Shown piece by piece: positions 18,301-33,290 of a stretch of DNA of 64,000 nucleotides; position 1 is the first letter of the stretch, and every line of letters starts with the position of its first letter. The stretch is from the human T2T-CHM13v2.0 reference genome, Homo sapiens. The notes beneath the pieces are model-generated. The model was not told the DNA's origin. It saw only the letters and a list, made by a program, of their open reading frames with translations, and did no database searches. A program made the position numbers and the translations under genes. The stretch lies in the NCBI RefSeq assembly GCF_009914755.1, contig NC_060947.1, one strand, 5' to 3'.

Positions 18301-20994
18301 TTCTGTCTAGATCATCTGTCTAATACTGAGAGTGGGATGTTAAAATATCCTTCTAGTTTTGTTTTGAAGTCTATCTTTCTCTTTAGATCTAGTAATATTG
18401 GCTTTATTTATATGGGTGCTCCAGTGTTGGGAGCATATGTATTTATAAATGGTATATTCTCTTGCTAGATTAACCACTTTATTATTATATAATGACTTTC
18501 TTCAATTTTTTTCTATTTTGACTTAAAGTCTGTTTTATCTGATATAAATGTAGGTACTCCTGCTTGCTTTTGGTTTTTATTTGTGTGAAATATGTTTCCA
18601 TTCCTTTATGTCTCTATGTATCTTTATAGGTAAGGTACGTTTCTTGTAGGCAGCATATACTTAGATAAACTTTTTTTTAAAAATGTGTTTTATGAGACTA
18701 CATCTTTTAAGATGAGAATTTATTCCGTTTACTTTCAAGGTTATTATTGATATTCAAGGTTTTGTTTTTATCATATTATTAATTGGTTTCTAGTTGTTTT
18801 TATATTCTTTGTTTCTTACTTTTTCTCTGATTATTTTTTATTGTGGTTTCGTGGTTTAATGTACTAGTTCCATTTGAGTCTTTTCTCCTCCTCATTTGCC
18901 TGTTTGATTTACCAGTGAATTGTACACATTGAGTGTGTTCTCATGATGGTAATTGTCTTTTCACTTCCAAGTTCAGGTCTCCCTTGAGAATGTCTTGTAG
19001 AGACAGTGTAATGATGATGAATTCTCACAGGATTTGCTTGTCTTGGAAAGACTTTATTTTTCCTTCATTTGTGAAGGATAATTTTGCTGGATATAGTATC
19101 CTTGAGTGGCAATTTTTCTCTTTCAGCACTTGGAATATGTTATCCCATTCTTTCCTTGCTGGTTAGGTTTCAGCTTGGACATCTGCTTTTAGTCTAATGG
19201 GAGCTCCTTTATAGGTAAATGGATGCTTTGCTTTTGCTGGTTTTAGAATCCTCTCATTATCTTTGACTTTAGGCAGTTTGACTATAATGTGCCATGGAGA
19301 AGATCATTTTTGCATTATATTAGTTTGGGTATCTTTGTGCATCCTGTATCTGAATGTTTAAACCTTTTGCTAGACTTGAGAACTTTTCATCTATTATGTT
19401 GTTAAATAGGTCTTCTAAGCCTTTTATTTTTTTCACCCTAGAGAACATCAATAATTTGAATATTCAGTTACTTTATGTTGTCCCAAATGTCATGAAGTCT
19501 TTGCTCATTCTTTTAAAAATTTTTTAAATTTATTTTTTATCTTACTACATAATTTCAAAGCTTTTTTTCAAGTTCTGAGATTCTTTCTTCTGTTTGATAT
19601 ATTCAATTGTTCACTATTTCAAAGGTATTTTATTTTTCATTCAATAAATTTTCATTTGCAGAATTTCAATTTTTTTAATGATCTCTTTGGTAAGTTTCTC
19701 ATTCATATAGTCAATTGTTTTACTGATTTCTTTGTATTATTTCTCAGAATTCTTTTATATTTTGTTGAGCTTTAAAATCAATATTTTGAACTCTTTGTGA
19801 AAGATTTTGTGAATTTATTTTTATTGATATTTTGCTGGGGAATTATTGTGGTCCTTGGGAGGTGTCATATTTCCTTGCTTTTTTAATGTTTTCTGTGTTC
19901 TCACATTGATCTCTGTGTATGTGTGTGACAGTGATCCTTTCAATTTTTTAAATTTGTTTTCTTAAAGGAGATCTTTTTCCTGAAGATGTTTGTATAGTGT
20001 TGGTTAGGTAGTGCACTTTGGCTTTTATTTTGGATGCATACAGCAGTGTAGTCTCTGTATCTTTTTTGGGGGGGGGGGGGTTGTAAACAGCATCATTTGT
20101 ATCTGTGGTTTTCTTGGGGGCTTAGTGTATGTTAGTAGTGGAGGCTGTGAAGAGGTTTTACTGGGGATTGGGAAGTCAGGTGGGCCAGTCTATGGGTCTC
20201 AGTTGTGGCAGTGGTGGGATGAGTATGCCAGTCCTTGAGCCCCAGAGCAATGTATTCTGACTCTGCTATTAGTGAGTCCAGGCCTATTCCTGGGCCTCTG
20301 GCAGTGGTATCAGTAGGCCAAGCCTGTGGACATGTTCTCAGATCTCTGGGCAGAAGGCATGCTGTCAGCAATGGAAGTGAAAGTGTCGGGGCAACCCAGT
20401 GTAACCCACATGGTCCAACCTGGTGTTCATGGAAGTGATGGGTTGGGTGAGCCAGGACCCTAAATCACAGGTGGCATGTGAATTTGGGAGCCAGCTGTGT
20501 AGGTACTGGCATGTTTGTTTGGCCCAATATCAGACCCTGAGAGGAGTACTTAGGTGCCGAGTGTAGTGGACTGGATTGAGCAATCCTCAGGTCTCTGAAT
20601 GACATGCTTGCATTCTGGGGGTATTAGATCAGTTGATGGACTTGTCCTCAGACCCCCCTGGTAGAATTCTCAGGTGTTGGCTGTGATATGTAGTGGTGGG
20701 GTGGTCCCCAGTCCACTGGTGAAATGCTCAGGTTGGGCAGTGGCAGCTGCGCTGCAGGCCTGCCATCAGGGAGGATGGAGTCACTCTCAGTGGGAGCAGC
20801 ATAAACAGGAAGTTTTGAGGCACATGGTTTGCTCATGCTTTGGTCCCATAGAAGCCCTCAGCAGAATCTGTTGGTGGTATTTGTCTTTGGGGTGCATGAT
20901 AGTGTCCGGCCTTCTGCTTTTCTCCTTTGCCCAATGGCAAGAAGGGTGGTGTCAGCCCTAGGGAAGGACTTACTCATTTGAGGGCTGGCCTTTC

Positions 20995-22954
20995 AGAATC
21001 CCTTTAGCATATTCTTATAGGGACAGCTTAATAATAAAATCCCTTAGCTTTTGTATATCTGGGAATGTATTCATTTCTCCCTTGCATGCGAATCACAGTT
21101 TAAGTAGATATAGAATTCTTAGTTGACATTTTATTTTCCTTTCAGTACTTTAAATATATCATTCCATTACTTTCTTGCCTGAAAGATTTTAGCTGAAAAA
21201 TCTACTAATAAACTTACCGTATATTTCTATTATGTGATCAATCACTTTTTTCTTGCTGCTTTCAAAATAATCTCTTTGTCTTCTGACAGTTTGATTATAG
21301 TGTATGTTGGTGTGGGTTTCTGTGTTTATCCTACTTTCAGTTTATTGATACTCCTGGATTCTTAGATTGGTGTCTTTCTTAGAATTTGGGAAATATTTAG
21401 CCATTATATCTACAAATAAAATCTTTGCCCTGTTTTCTTCCTCTTCTCCTTTTGGGAATTTCATAATGCATATTTGTATCTTCTTGATGGTGTCATGTAA
21501 ATCTTTCAGACTCTGTTACCTTCTTCTTCTGTTTTAGACTCAATAATTTTATATAATTAGTCTTTAACTTTTCTGATTCTTCTGCCTGTTTGAGTCTGCT
21601 GTTTAATTGCCGCAGTTAATTTTAAAATTCACTCATTTTATTTTTCAGCTTTAAAATTTCTTCTTGTTTTTTTTTCTTTTTTAATTTTAATTTTTGGAGA
21701 TGGAGTCTTGCTTTGTCAACCAGGCTGAAGTACAGTAGCACAATCATAGCTTACTGCCGACTTGAACTTCTTGGCACAAGTAATCCTCCAACCTCAGCGT
21801 CCCATGCAGCTAGAACTATAGTCATACACCAGCATGCCCAGCTATTTTTTTTAGAAGTTTTTTCTAGAGACTGTGTCTTGCTATGTTGCCCATGCTAGTC
21901 TCAAACGTCTGGCCTCAAGTAATCCTCCCATTTCATCCTCCTGGTTCTTTTTTCATAATTTATATCTCTGTATTGATGTTGTAATTTTGTTTCTATATAT
22001 GTGTATATATATATTTATATTTCTGATTTTCTTTAGTTCTTTGTGTTTTTCTTTGGCTCTTTAAACATATTTAAGATGGTTGTTTTCAAGTCATTGTCTA
22101 GTGTCCCGTGCCTGTGTTTATTCAGGGACAGTTTTGAAAATTTATTTTACTTTTCTTGGGTATATTTTTCTCTTTCTTTGTATGCCTGCAATCTTCTTCG
22201 GAAAGCTGAATATATTAAAAAACCACCAATTCTCACACTTTTTGCAGACTGGTAGAGAAGGCCTTTACTAATTAGTTGGGTCCTGAGTCTTGTGATAAGC
22301 CTGGGGCAAAGGCTTAAGGTCTTCTCAGGTCTTTTCTGGGCATCAATTTCCCCTGGGATCGCATGTGTGCTTTTTTTCCACCAATTTCTTCTGTGTACCA
22401 GTCTGCTTTAAAATGTTTTAATTTCCCAAAGAGCTTAATTACATCTTCTTCTTATGACCTTAGATGTTCTATTTCATTCCTCTGCTTATAATCTTGTACC
22501 CAGAGGTCAGTGGGTCTTCTGTCTTCATGTGGTTCTCATGTTCTGGAGCACCTGCCAATGCCTTTCATTGGTTCTATAAGACTGAAATCCAAAGAATGCT
22601 GACATTTTCCATCTAAGCTCTGAATCAGTTGAGATAGAAACAAAACTTCATGCAGCCCACGGAAAGGTGACAATGTTGTAAACATGTTTCACTTTGCTAC
22701 TTCCATTCCATGAAATAAAACTGGGAAATGGGCTGCTTTCTTCTGACTGCCATGCCAGGGAGGGTGTGGGGAAAGGGAGAGTAAAAGTGCCACAAAAACC
22801 ATTTTGAATGTGGCTTCTTATTTGTGTTTTGTTTGATTGCTCTAGATGTTTTAGTAGTTTTCAGAGCTCCTATGAAGTTGTTTCAATGTCTATAGGTTTT
22901 TAAAAATATTTATGTGGGGGAATGAGCACCTGTAGCTTCCAGGTCTGCCATCCT
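20995..22954 (-). mobile_element. Old L1M ORF1/5' region (continuation of the host element at 5686-12725)
   Basis: tccctttagcatattcttataggg ORF1-end motif; 5' terminus reads aggatggcag on the minus strand at ~22954. Confidence 0.65.
21665..21941 (-). mobile_element. AluJ, 5'-truncated
   Basis: Diverged antisense Alu, caatcatagcttactgc J-type. Confidence 0.85.
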
Positions 22955-23054
22955 AAATACATGAAAATATCCATTTTCAGATTTTTCACTCAAGTGATAT
23001 CTTGCATAACAGTCAGTAAAGCATAACAATAGCACTTTAGATTGTTCTTAATAG

Positions 23055-23435
<381 letters not shown>

Positions 23436-24257
23436 TAACATGTTGGCAATTTTTAAGTTCTGAACACAGAAGTTAAAGACCTGTAGTTCTCTGTGATTGT
23501 TAGTATATGCTCAGATTTTCAGGTCTTTTCACTTGGTAATTATTTTTTAATTTCTGTCAAGAATTCAACACAGCTAAATGACTTAGAAAATTTTTCTCGT
23601 CTTTTCCTTTTATGGCATAGCTGCTTTATTTTGGGGAGTGGGGGGCAACGTAAAGTTCTTGTCCTTGGATTGTATCTCTTCTCTTGTTTTAATGGCTCCT
23701 TTTTTATATATATATAATTTCCATCGTGTTAGCTTCTCCCAAGTTAAGGTCTTAATTTCTGCAGCTTTTGGGTGGCTATATGTTGTTCTTCTCATTATTT
23801 TCTTAGTGTAACAATAACTTCTTCTTATCTTACCACTATAGAAAAAACTGCTCTCAGCAGCTACCACTTTATTGCACCCTATCTTATATACACTGTTGTA
23901 TCCAAGTCTCATCTTGCTAGATATACTGTAAGTAATGATTTCTTTTTAAAATATTTTCTAATATTCAGCACACTACTATGACTATTGTAGTGAACAATTG
24001 TTTATTACTATCATATTATTAGTGAGGTATTCTGCTATGCACATTTTTAATATATTATTTAGACATTTTTCTCTTCATAATGCAGACAGACAACTCAAGC
24101 CAGGAGAGGCTAAGTGACTTGACAAATGGCACTTCCTGACTAAGTCTAGCTGACTATAAAGCTGGTTTTGTTAATAAACTTTCTAAGCTAGGTCTCAGAT
24201 AAGTACTCAAATATTTATTCTTTGTTATCTTATTTAACCAATTAAAAAAACAGCAAC

Positions 24258-24260
<3 letters not shown>

Positions 24261-24296
<36 letters not shown>

Positions 24297-24302
24297 ACAC
24301 AC
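24261..24302. repeat. (CA)n microsatellite
   Basis: Direct reading. Confidence 0.95.
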
Positions 24303-24769
24303 GCCAAGTTAAAATTTCTTCAAATAAAAAAGCACCATATTAATGTGTGAAAGTCTAACTTATGAACAGTTGTATCTTCAAGTTGATTTTAATTGTGAAA
24401 TTGAGATAGAGAAGGTAGAACATTGCTTAGCAAGGCCATCTGCTTCTCTCATTTGCACTGGCTTTTCTCTTTCCTCATATATCAGAGACCATGTGTGTGT
24501 GGGCATGTGATACTCCCTGAATACAAAAGCTTCATAAGGAGCTTTTAATGGAAAAAAGTTAACATTTTCCTAACATAAAATATAACTGATGCTTCATTAG
24601 TCCAGGCTTTTGGGGCCTAGGTTAATCTCCCAATCTCCTGCAATGCATGCAAATCCTATGATTTTACAGACTTACAAATTTATGAATATGATTTATAAGG
24701 ACATTTGATTACTTATTGAAGATCTCATTATATAAGGAAACATACATGAAAAATTCTTATTATACTATC

Positions 24770-25050
24770 AACTGCAGGAAATATACAGGACAGTGGAACA
24801 TGTGTACTATGGGAATGTGATCTGCAAAATCTGTGCTGTAGGATATTACAGAAAAAATAATCCAGTATCTTCAGTTACACAGAGGAAAAAGAGAAGGAAA
24901 TAGAAGCCTATTGATTGAAAGAGACTTAAAGGAAATATGAAAGTAGGTAAAACCAAATTGGACTGTTTAGTGATAAAAACTTATAGGATAAGACTGTAGT
25001 CTTAGACTACAGACTTTGTAGTCTTATAAAGAAAAGTAAGGAAGTGATAA
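24770..25050 (+). mobile_element. Old L1MC/ME 3'UTR fragment
   Basis: gcaaaatctg...gattgaaagagacttaaaggaaatat resembles L1MC/ME 3'UTR. Confidence 0.5.
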
Positions 25051-25053
25051 GTG

Positions 25054-25217
25054 CAGGTTGAGGAACTCTAATCCAAAAATCTGAACTCCAAAATGCTCCA
25101 AACTCCTAAACTTTTTGAGTGCAACATAATACCACAAGTGGAAAATTTCATACCTGACCTCATGTGACAGGTTACAGCCAAAGCAAGTCAAAACTTTGTT
25201 TCATGGACAAAATTATT
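25054..25217 (+). mobile_element. Tigger4/MER46 (TcMar) DNA transposon, left part only
   Basis: caggttgag TIR; aaatgctccaaa...ccacaagtggaaaatt...cctgacctcatgtgac. Confidence 0.8.
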
Positions 25218-28200
25218 ACAGTCAGCTGCAAGTATTTGGCTTTATTTCTGGGTTCTCTATTTTGTTCCATTGGTTTACATGCCTATTTTTACACCAGTAC
25301 AATACTGTTTTGTTAACTATGGTCTTGTAGTATAGTGTGAAGTCCAGTAATGTGATGCCTCCAGATTTTTATTAGTCTTGCTTTGGCTATTCAGGCTCTT
25401 TTTTGGTTCTATAATTTGTTGTTTTTTCTAGTTCTGCGAAGAATGATAATGATATTTTGATGGGAATTGCACTGAATCTGCAGACGGCTTTGGGCAGGCA
25501 GTATGGTCATTTTCACAATATTGATTCTACCCATCCATGAGCATGGCATGTGTTTCAATTTTTGTGTGTGTCATCTATGATTTATTTCAGCAGTGTTTTG
25601 TAGTTTTCCTTGTAGAGATCTTTTACCTCCTTGATTAGGTACATTCCTAAATATATCTCTCGTTTTTTTTTGCAGCTGTTGTAAAGGTGATTGAGTTCCT
25701 GATTTGATTCTCAGCTTGGTTGTTGTTGGTGTATAGCAGTGCTACTGATTTGTGTACATTGATTTTGTATCCTGAGACTTTAGTGAATTTGTTTATCAGA
25801 TTTAGCAGCTTTTTTGATAAGTCTTTAGGATTTTCTAGGTATATGATCATATCATCAGTGAACAGCAACATTTGACTTCCTGTTTATTGATTTAGATGCC
25901 CCTTATTTCTTTCTCTTTGTCTGATTGCTCTGGTTAGGACTTCCAGTACTATGTTGAATAGAAGGGGTGAAAGTGGGCATCATTGTCTTTTTCCAGTTTT
26001 CTGGGGGAATGCTTTTAACTTTTCCCCATTTAGTATAATTGGCTATTAGTTTGTCATAGATGGCTTTTATTACCTTGAAGTATGTCCCTTCTATGTGAAT
26101 TTTGCTTAGGGTTTTAATCATAAAGGATGCTGAACTTTGTCAAAGGCTTTTTCTGCATCTATTGAGATGATCATATGATTTTTGTTTTTAATTCTGTTTA
26201 TGTGATGTATCACATTTATTGACTTGTGTACATTAAAGCATCCCTGGTATGAAGCCCACTTGATCATGGTGTATTATCTTTTTGATATGCTGTTGGATTT
26301 GGTTAGCTAGTATTAAGTTGAGGATTTTTGCATCTATGTTCATCAGGGATATTTGGTCTGTAGGTTTCTTCTTTGGTTATGTCTTTTGCTGATTTTGTAT
26401 TAGGTTGATACTAGCTTCATAGAATGATTTAGAGAGGATTTCCTCTTTCTCTATATTTTGAAATATTTTCAGTACAGAAATAAGATCAGTACAATTATTT
26501 GAATGCCTGATAGAATTCAGCTATAAATCCATCTGGTCCTGGACTTTTTTTGTTGGCAATTTTAAAATTACTGTTTCAATCTCACTACTTGTTACTGGTC
26601 TGTTAAGAGTTACTATTTTTCTTGATTTAATCTAGGAGAGTTGTATATTTCCAGGAATTTATACACCATCTCTAGATTTTCTAGTTTGTGCATGTAAAGG
26701 TGTTCATAGTAGCCTTGAATAATCTTTTGTATTTCTGTGATATCAGTTGTAATATCTCCCATTTCATTTCTAATTCAGCTTATTTGGATAGTTTATCCTC
26801 CTTTCTTGGTTAATCTCGCCAATGGTCATTGGATTTTGTTTACCTTTACTAAGAACAAGCTTTTTGTTTCATTCATCTTTTGTATTTGTTTGTTTCAATT
26901 TTGTTTAGTTCTGCTCTGATCTTTGTTATTTCTTTTCTTCTGCTGGGTTTGGGTTTGGTTTGTTCTTTTTTCTCTAGATCTTTGAGGTGTGACCTTATAC
27001 TGTCTATTTGTGCTTTTGCAGACTTTTTGATGTAGGCATTCAAGGCTATGAACTTTCTTCTTAGCACTGCTTTTGCTGCATCCCAGAGTTTTTGATAAGT
27101 TGTGTCACTATTATCATTCAGTTGAATATTTTTAATTTTTATTTTAATTTTATTGTCGACCCAAAGAGCATTCAAGAGTAGATTATTTAATTTCTGAGTA
27201 TTTGTATAGTTTTAAGTGTTCTTTTTGGAGTTAATTTTCAGTTTTATTCCACTGTGGTCTGAGAGAATACTTAATATAATTTTGATTTTCTTACATTTAT
27301 TGAGACTTGTTTTGTGGCCTATCATATGTTCTATCTTGGAGAATACTCCATATGCTGATGAAAATAATGTGTATTCTGCTGTTATTGTGTAGGAATGTTC
27401 TGTAAATATCTGTTAAGTCCATTTGTTCTAGTGTGTAGTTTAAGTCTATTGTTTTATATTGACTTTCTGTCTTGAACACCTGTCTAGTGCTTTCAGTGGA
27501 ATATTGAAGTCACCCACTATTATTGGGTTGTCATCTATATCATTTCTTAGGTCTAGTAGTAATTGTTTTATAAATTTGGGAGTGCCAGTGTTAGGTGCAT
27601 GTATATTTACGACTGTGATATTTTCTTGTTTGACTAATCCTTTTATCATTAAATAATGTCCCTTTTTGTCTTTTTTTACAGTTGTTGCTTTAACATCTGT
27701 TTTGCCTGATGTAATAAGAATAGCTACTCCTGCTTGCTTTTGATTTCCATTTTCCTGGAATATCTTTTTTCATTCCTTTACCATAAGTTTATATGAGTCC
27801 TTACGTGTTAGGTGAGTCTCTTCAAGACAGCAGATACTTGGTTGGTGGATTTTTATCCATTCTGTTATTCTGTATCTTTTAAGTTGAGCAATAAAGCCAT
27901 TTACCTTCAACATTAGTATTAAGATGTGACATACTGTTCTATTCATCATGTGAGTTGTTGCCTAAATAACTTGTTTTTTAAAATTGTATTATTGTGTTAT
28001 AGGCCCTGTGAGATTTATGCTTTAAGGAGTTTCATTTTGGTGTATTTCAAGGTTTTATTTGTTTCAACATTTAGAATTCCTTTTAATATTACTTGTAGTG
28101 TGGGCTTGATAGTGGCAAATTCTTCCAGCATTTGTTTGTCTGAAAGACTTTAACTCTCCTTCATTTACAAAGCTTAGTTTTGCTGGATACAAAATTCTTG

Positions 28201-30311
28201 GCTGACAATTATTTCATTTAAGGAGGTAAAGATTGGATCTCAATCCCTTCTGGCTTGTAAGGTTTCTGCTAAGAAATCTACTGTTGGTCTGGTAGGTTTT
28301 CCTTTATAGGTTACTTGATGTCTTTGTCTCACAGCTCTTAAGAGTCTTTCCTTTGTCTTGACTTTAGATAACCTGATGACTATGTGCCTAGGTGCTGATC
28401 TTTTTGCACCGAATTTTCCACATGTTCTTTGAGCTTCTTGTATTTTGATATCTAGATCTCTAGCAAGGCATGGGAAGTTTTCCTCAATTATTCCCTCAAA
28501 AAAGTTTTCCAAACTTTTAGATTTCTCTTCTTTCTCAGGAACACCAATTATTCTTAGGTTTGGCTATTTAACATAATCCCAAATTTCTTGAATACTTTGT
28601 TTATTTTTTGAAGTTTTTTTGTCTTTGCTTGGGTTAATTCAAAATCCTTGTCTTTAAGCTTTGAAGTTCTTTTTTTCTACTTATTCTAGTCTATTGTTGA
28701 AACTTTCCAGTGCATTTCATGTTTCCCAAAGTGTGTCTTTCTCATTTCCAGAAGTTGTGATTGTTTATTCTTTATAACATCTCTTTCTCTGGAGAATTTT
28801 TCATCCATATCCTGTATTTTTTAAAATGTATTTAAATTGATTTTCCCCTTTCTCTGGTATCTCATTGAGTAGCTTGATAATCAACCTTCTGAATTATTTA
28901 TCTGGCAATTCAAAGATTTCTTCCTGGTTTGAATCCATTGCTGGGGAGACAGTGTAATCTTTTGGGATTTCAATGGTGGAAACCTGTTTTGTCGTATTAC
29001 CAGAATAACTTTTCTGCTTTCTCCTTATTTGGGTATACTTTTACTGTGGAAAGATATGGAACTCAAGGCCTGCTGTTCAGATTATTTTGTCCCATGGGGT
29101 GATCTCTTGATGTGATGTTCTCTCCTTCCTCTGGGGATGGGGCTTCCTGAGGGCCAGACTGCAGTGATTATTGTGGCTCTTCTGGGTCTAGCAACTTAAT
29201 GGGGCTACTAGGCTCTGAGTTTGTGCTGGGGAATGTCTGCAACGGGTCCTGTGATGTGATCTATCTTCAGGTCTCCCAACTGTGGATACCAGCACCTGCT
29301 TTCATGGAGGTGACAGGGGAGTGAAGTAGATTCTGTGAGAATCCGTGATTGTAGATATTCTTAGTGTGCTGGCTTTCCTGAATGGTGGTTATTGTAGCAG
29401 TGAAGTGGTCACTTGGACAGACTCAGGAACTCTGGGTAGCCAGGATGTTGCAGTCAGTTGTATTAGCTGTTCATTTGTTCTTTCTGAAAGTAGGGTTATT
29501 CTGTCATGAGCTGCTGTAATGGCCTGAGTTCATTGGCCTCCAGCGAAGAGGTGGCACTTTCAAGAGAGTACGAGCTGCAGTAGTATTAGGGGGATATAAA
29601 TTTGCCCTATGTTGGCCAAGGTAGGTATTCTGCTTTATCAGGTAATGGGTGGGGCCATAAAGCTCCCAAAAGTTTATGTCTTTTGTGTTAAACTACCAGG
29701 GTGGGTAGACAAATAGCATCAAGTGGGGTAGGTTAGGCTGGTATGAGCTCAGGCTCTCTTTGAGTGGGGCTTTCTGTGGCCACTGTGAGGGATGGGGGGT
29801 GGGCAGCAAGGTTGGCCTCGCTCCCACAGTGCCCTGCTAACACTGCTGAGTTTAGATCCAGGCAGACTGCATGCAGAACTCAGACCTTGCACCAGGCCAT
29901 AAGCTTCCCTGCTGAGAAAGCAAGCATGGCTTTCAGGCCTCACTTCTCCCCATCTGCCCACAATGTCAGTGGTGGCTCTTGTGCTCCTATCTGTTGCATT
30001 TCCCATTCATCCTCTGGATTCTGCTCAAAAAGTTTGTGCCCCATAGAAATTAATTTTAAAAATCAGCTGGAGTCTTTTTTTACCCTGTGACCCCTTTCTA
30101 ATTTCTCCGTCTGCCTTCCCCAAGGGCCCTGTGAGATATGTCAGGGATGGCTTCACTGGGCTTGAGCTGGAGACCGGAAGTGCCAACAACACTCTTCCTG
30201 CAGCTCCTTCTATTTTTATATATCACGTGGCTCCCTAAATTCGTTTTGGCTCTAGGTAAGGTTAAATCCAAATGGGAGCTGCATGTTGCCCTGTCTCCTA
30301 TCTGCCATCTT
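25218..30311 (-). mobile_element. L1PB/L1P4-like element, 5'UTR through most of ORF2, 3' end missing
   Basis: ORF remnants FTDD (25647..25871), EN (27446..27649), ORF1 (28240..28512); 5' start aagatggcagatagg on minus strand. Confidence 0.85.
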
Positions 30312-30724
30312 TCCAACTTTTTTTGACTGATAGGTTTTATTTTTACATTACTTAAAAGTAACATTGACACTTTTTAGATTAAATTGACTTTTACGTTTTT
30401 TCATGGAGTCTTTCTTTTGCTAAATCCATGTTGCTAGTTCAAGAACAAAGTTTCTTAAGTGGCACATAGGTTTCATTTCTTATAAATCTACATATATTAA
30501 TAGGTTGTTAAATAGCTTGTCAGTTTCACTGACACTTTTTTCCTATGTAAAAAGTTACTTCTAGAATACCACTGGGCATTGTAATGTACACATAATTCTG
30601 TCATTATATCTCACTTATATTACCCTTCAAAATAAGATGTGTATTTAATGTTCAAATAGATCCTGAGGAAAGAAACATACATTAATGTCTCCATCACGTT
30701 AGGAACCAAATCATTACCTTTTGA

Positions 30725-31101
<377 letters not shown>

Positions 31102-33034
31102 AAGAAGTCACATTTATTTTATAAAATGTTTTCTAGTTCAGAATAGAAGTAAGCCTATCAGCTTCAGAATGTGATGTACTGTAGAAGCTCTTCCCTTTGG
31201 TTATAAAATATAAATATCCCTGATAAGATTAGTATTGCAATTAGTATTTAAAATCCCTAAGACCTAATACTTCTGTTTCATTTTGAAGAGCGTACGTAGA
31301 TTAATAATACTGGTTATATTGACATACCTTTCTATAAGATGCATTATTGAAAAACCATAAGGAGTATCAAGGGAGTTACTAGTAAAGATCATTTAAAAGC
31401 TCATTAATCAACGATGTAGTAGATTATGAAAGCTCAAAGGAGTAATTTAGATAATAAGAACTAAGAAATGATAGCTAACCTGAACAAAACATAAGAATAT
31501 ACTGGAAAGAACAGTATGAACCTGCCTGTCTTTGAATTGGGTAACTTACTATGTTGGTTTCAACTCTACTTTCTATGACTAATTATACTGCATTTTGGAT
31601 TGATCTGTACAAGGAATAGCTACCTGAATCAATGTTTCAATTTGGCATGGTAATGAAATGTGAAAAGTAAATCAATGTCTCTTTCTTGTATTATATATCC
31701 AACTCTAAAATGGTTATAGGGAATATGTCTATTCACTTAACGTAGGTCAGATAACTCACTTAGTATTATTTACATGGCAATTGCAATATAACTAAAAACA
31801 AAGAGACAATAGAAACTCAAGGTGAAACATGTTGCATAAAAAATATAAAAATAATTCTTTGCCAGCACACTTTTGATAAAGAAGTAAATGATTCACTGAA
31901 CAGAGAACCTGAGTTCTGTCAAAACAAGATAGATAAAAATATTTTTTCTATAAAATTATGTTTTTATTTAATCAGCTTCTATTCCTGTGGTTCTTTATAG
32001 TACCTCATACCCAGTAAGGCCAAGGACATGTGTAGAGTTCTGATGTTTCTAAAACAATGGGTTCAGCTCTTTAAATACATAGTTTCATTACATAAGAGGG
32101 ACTGCAACCAATTGGATAGTAGACACTCATAGCAATTAAGTGTGTATGAAAGTAGAAAAAGATAATTTAAACTTCTAATCATAAGCTTAAACTTGATGTA
32201 GTTGTGAGGCGGAATGCTAATAGAAAGCCACTATGTGTTGTGGACTTCTGTCCTCTATTTCACAAAGGCCTCATTGTGCTGTTCTTTCTCCAGAATTGTT
32301 GTTTGTCATGTTGAAAGCAAGATAAAGTAGTCCCTTTTTAAAAGTAATCTAAAGATATCAATCAAAGAAAATGTATACCTTCCATAGAAATTCTAGAAGC
32401 TGTATTTTTTTAACTTCTATAAAATTTCAGAAACCAAGTGAGAAAACTGTAATACTTTTTTTTCCTACTTACATAACTATTATAAAAAAGAAATTGCAAA
32501 ATTCCAATATAAAATACATTTCTTTCTTTGGTGGAAATTGTATATTTCTAATCATATGAGCCTTAGAGGATTCAAAAGGTTTTCAATCATCTCCATATGA
32601 AAATACATTCTCTATTAACTTTAGTTAACTCAAATTACATGTTCTGCATTATTAGCCACAGTATACAACTCTCATCTGCTGTAACTAAATGATCATTCAT
32701 TTCTTTCCGCTTTTGCTATGAATATACTCTTCCTGAAGGTAATGAAGATAGTGTCTACTTTGGTATTTGTTTGGGGTGGGATTGGGCCTGAAGATGACTA
32801 TTTCATAGCTTTATTATTATGTTCTAATTCTCAAATGTATTTAAAGAAAAAAAATTGATAGATTATTGCCGAGCACACCTGAAAGTCCAGCTTTGGGATA
32901 TGGACAAATTTTGATGTTAAGTCACTTGTTGCAAATCTTGTTTTATTTTCCTAAATTTCTCTGTTATTACACCATATGACATCGTTTTCTTGTCCTACTT
33001 TACCCATGAGCTGACAATACTAAGTCAAAACAAT

Positions 33035-33290
33035 CAGCACTTTGGGAGGCCGAGGCAGGTGGATCACAAGATCAGGGGTTCAAGACCAGCCTGGCCAACA
33101 TGGTGAAACCCCGTCTCTACTAAAAATATAAAATTATCCAGGCATGGTGGCGCACCTGTAGTCCCAGCTACTCGGGAGGCTGAGGCAGGAGAATTGCTTG
33201 AACCCAGGAGGCAGAGGTTGAATGAACGGAGATTGCGCCACTGCACTCCAACCTGGGCGACAGAGCGAGACTTTGTCTCAAAAATAAAAA
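33035..33290 (+). mobile_element. AluS (Sg-like), 5'-truncated
   Basis: Starts at cagcactttggg; A tail. Confidence 0.88.

Noticed and set aside
20068-20080. G13 homopolymer
   Set aside because: Simple slippage expansion within an old L1 5' region.
32100-32160. Weak inverted similarity to 753-805
   Set aside because: Too short and gapped in AT-rich DNA to support homology.
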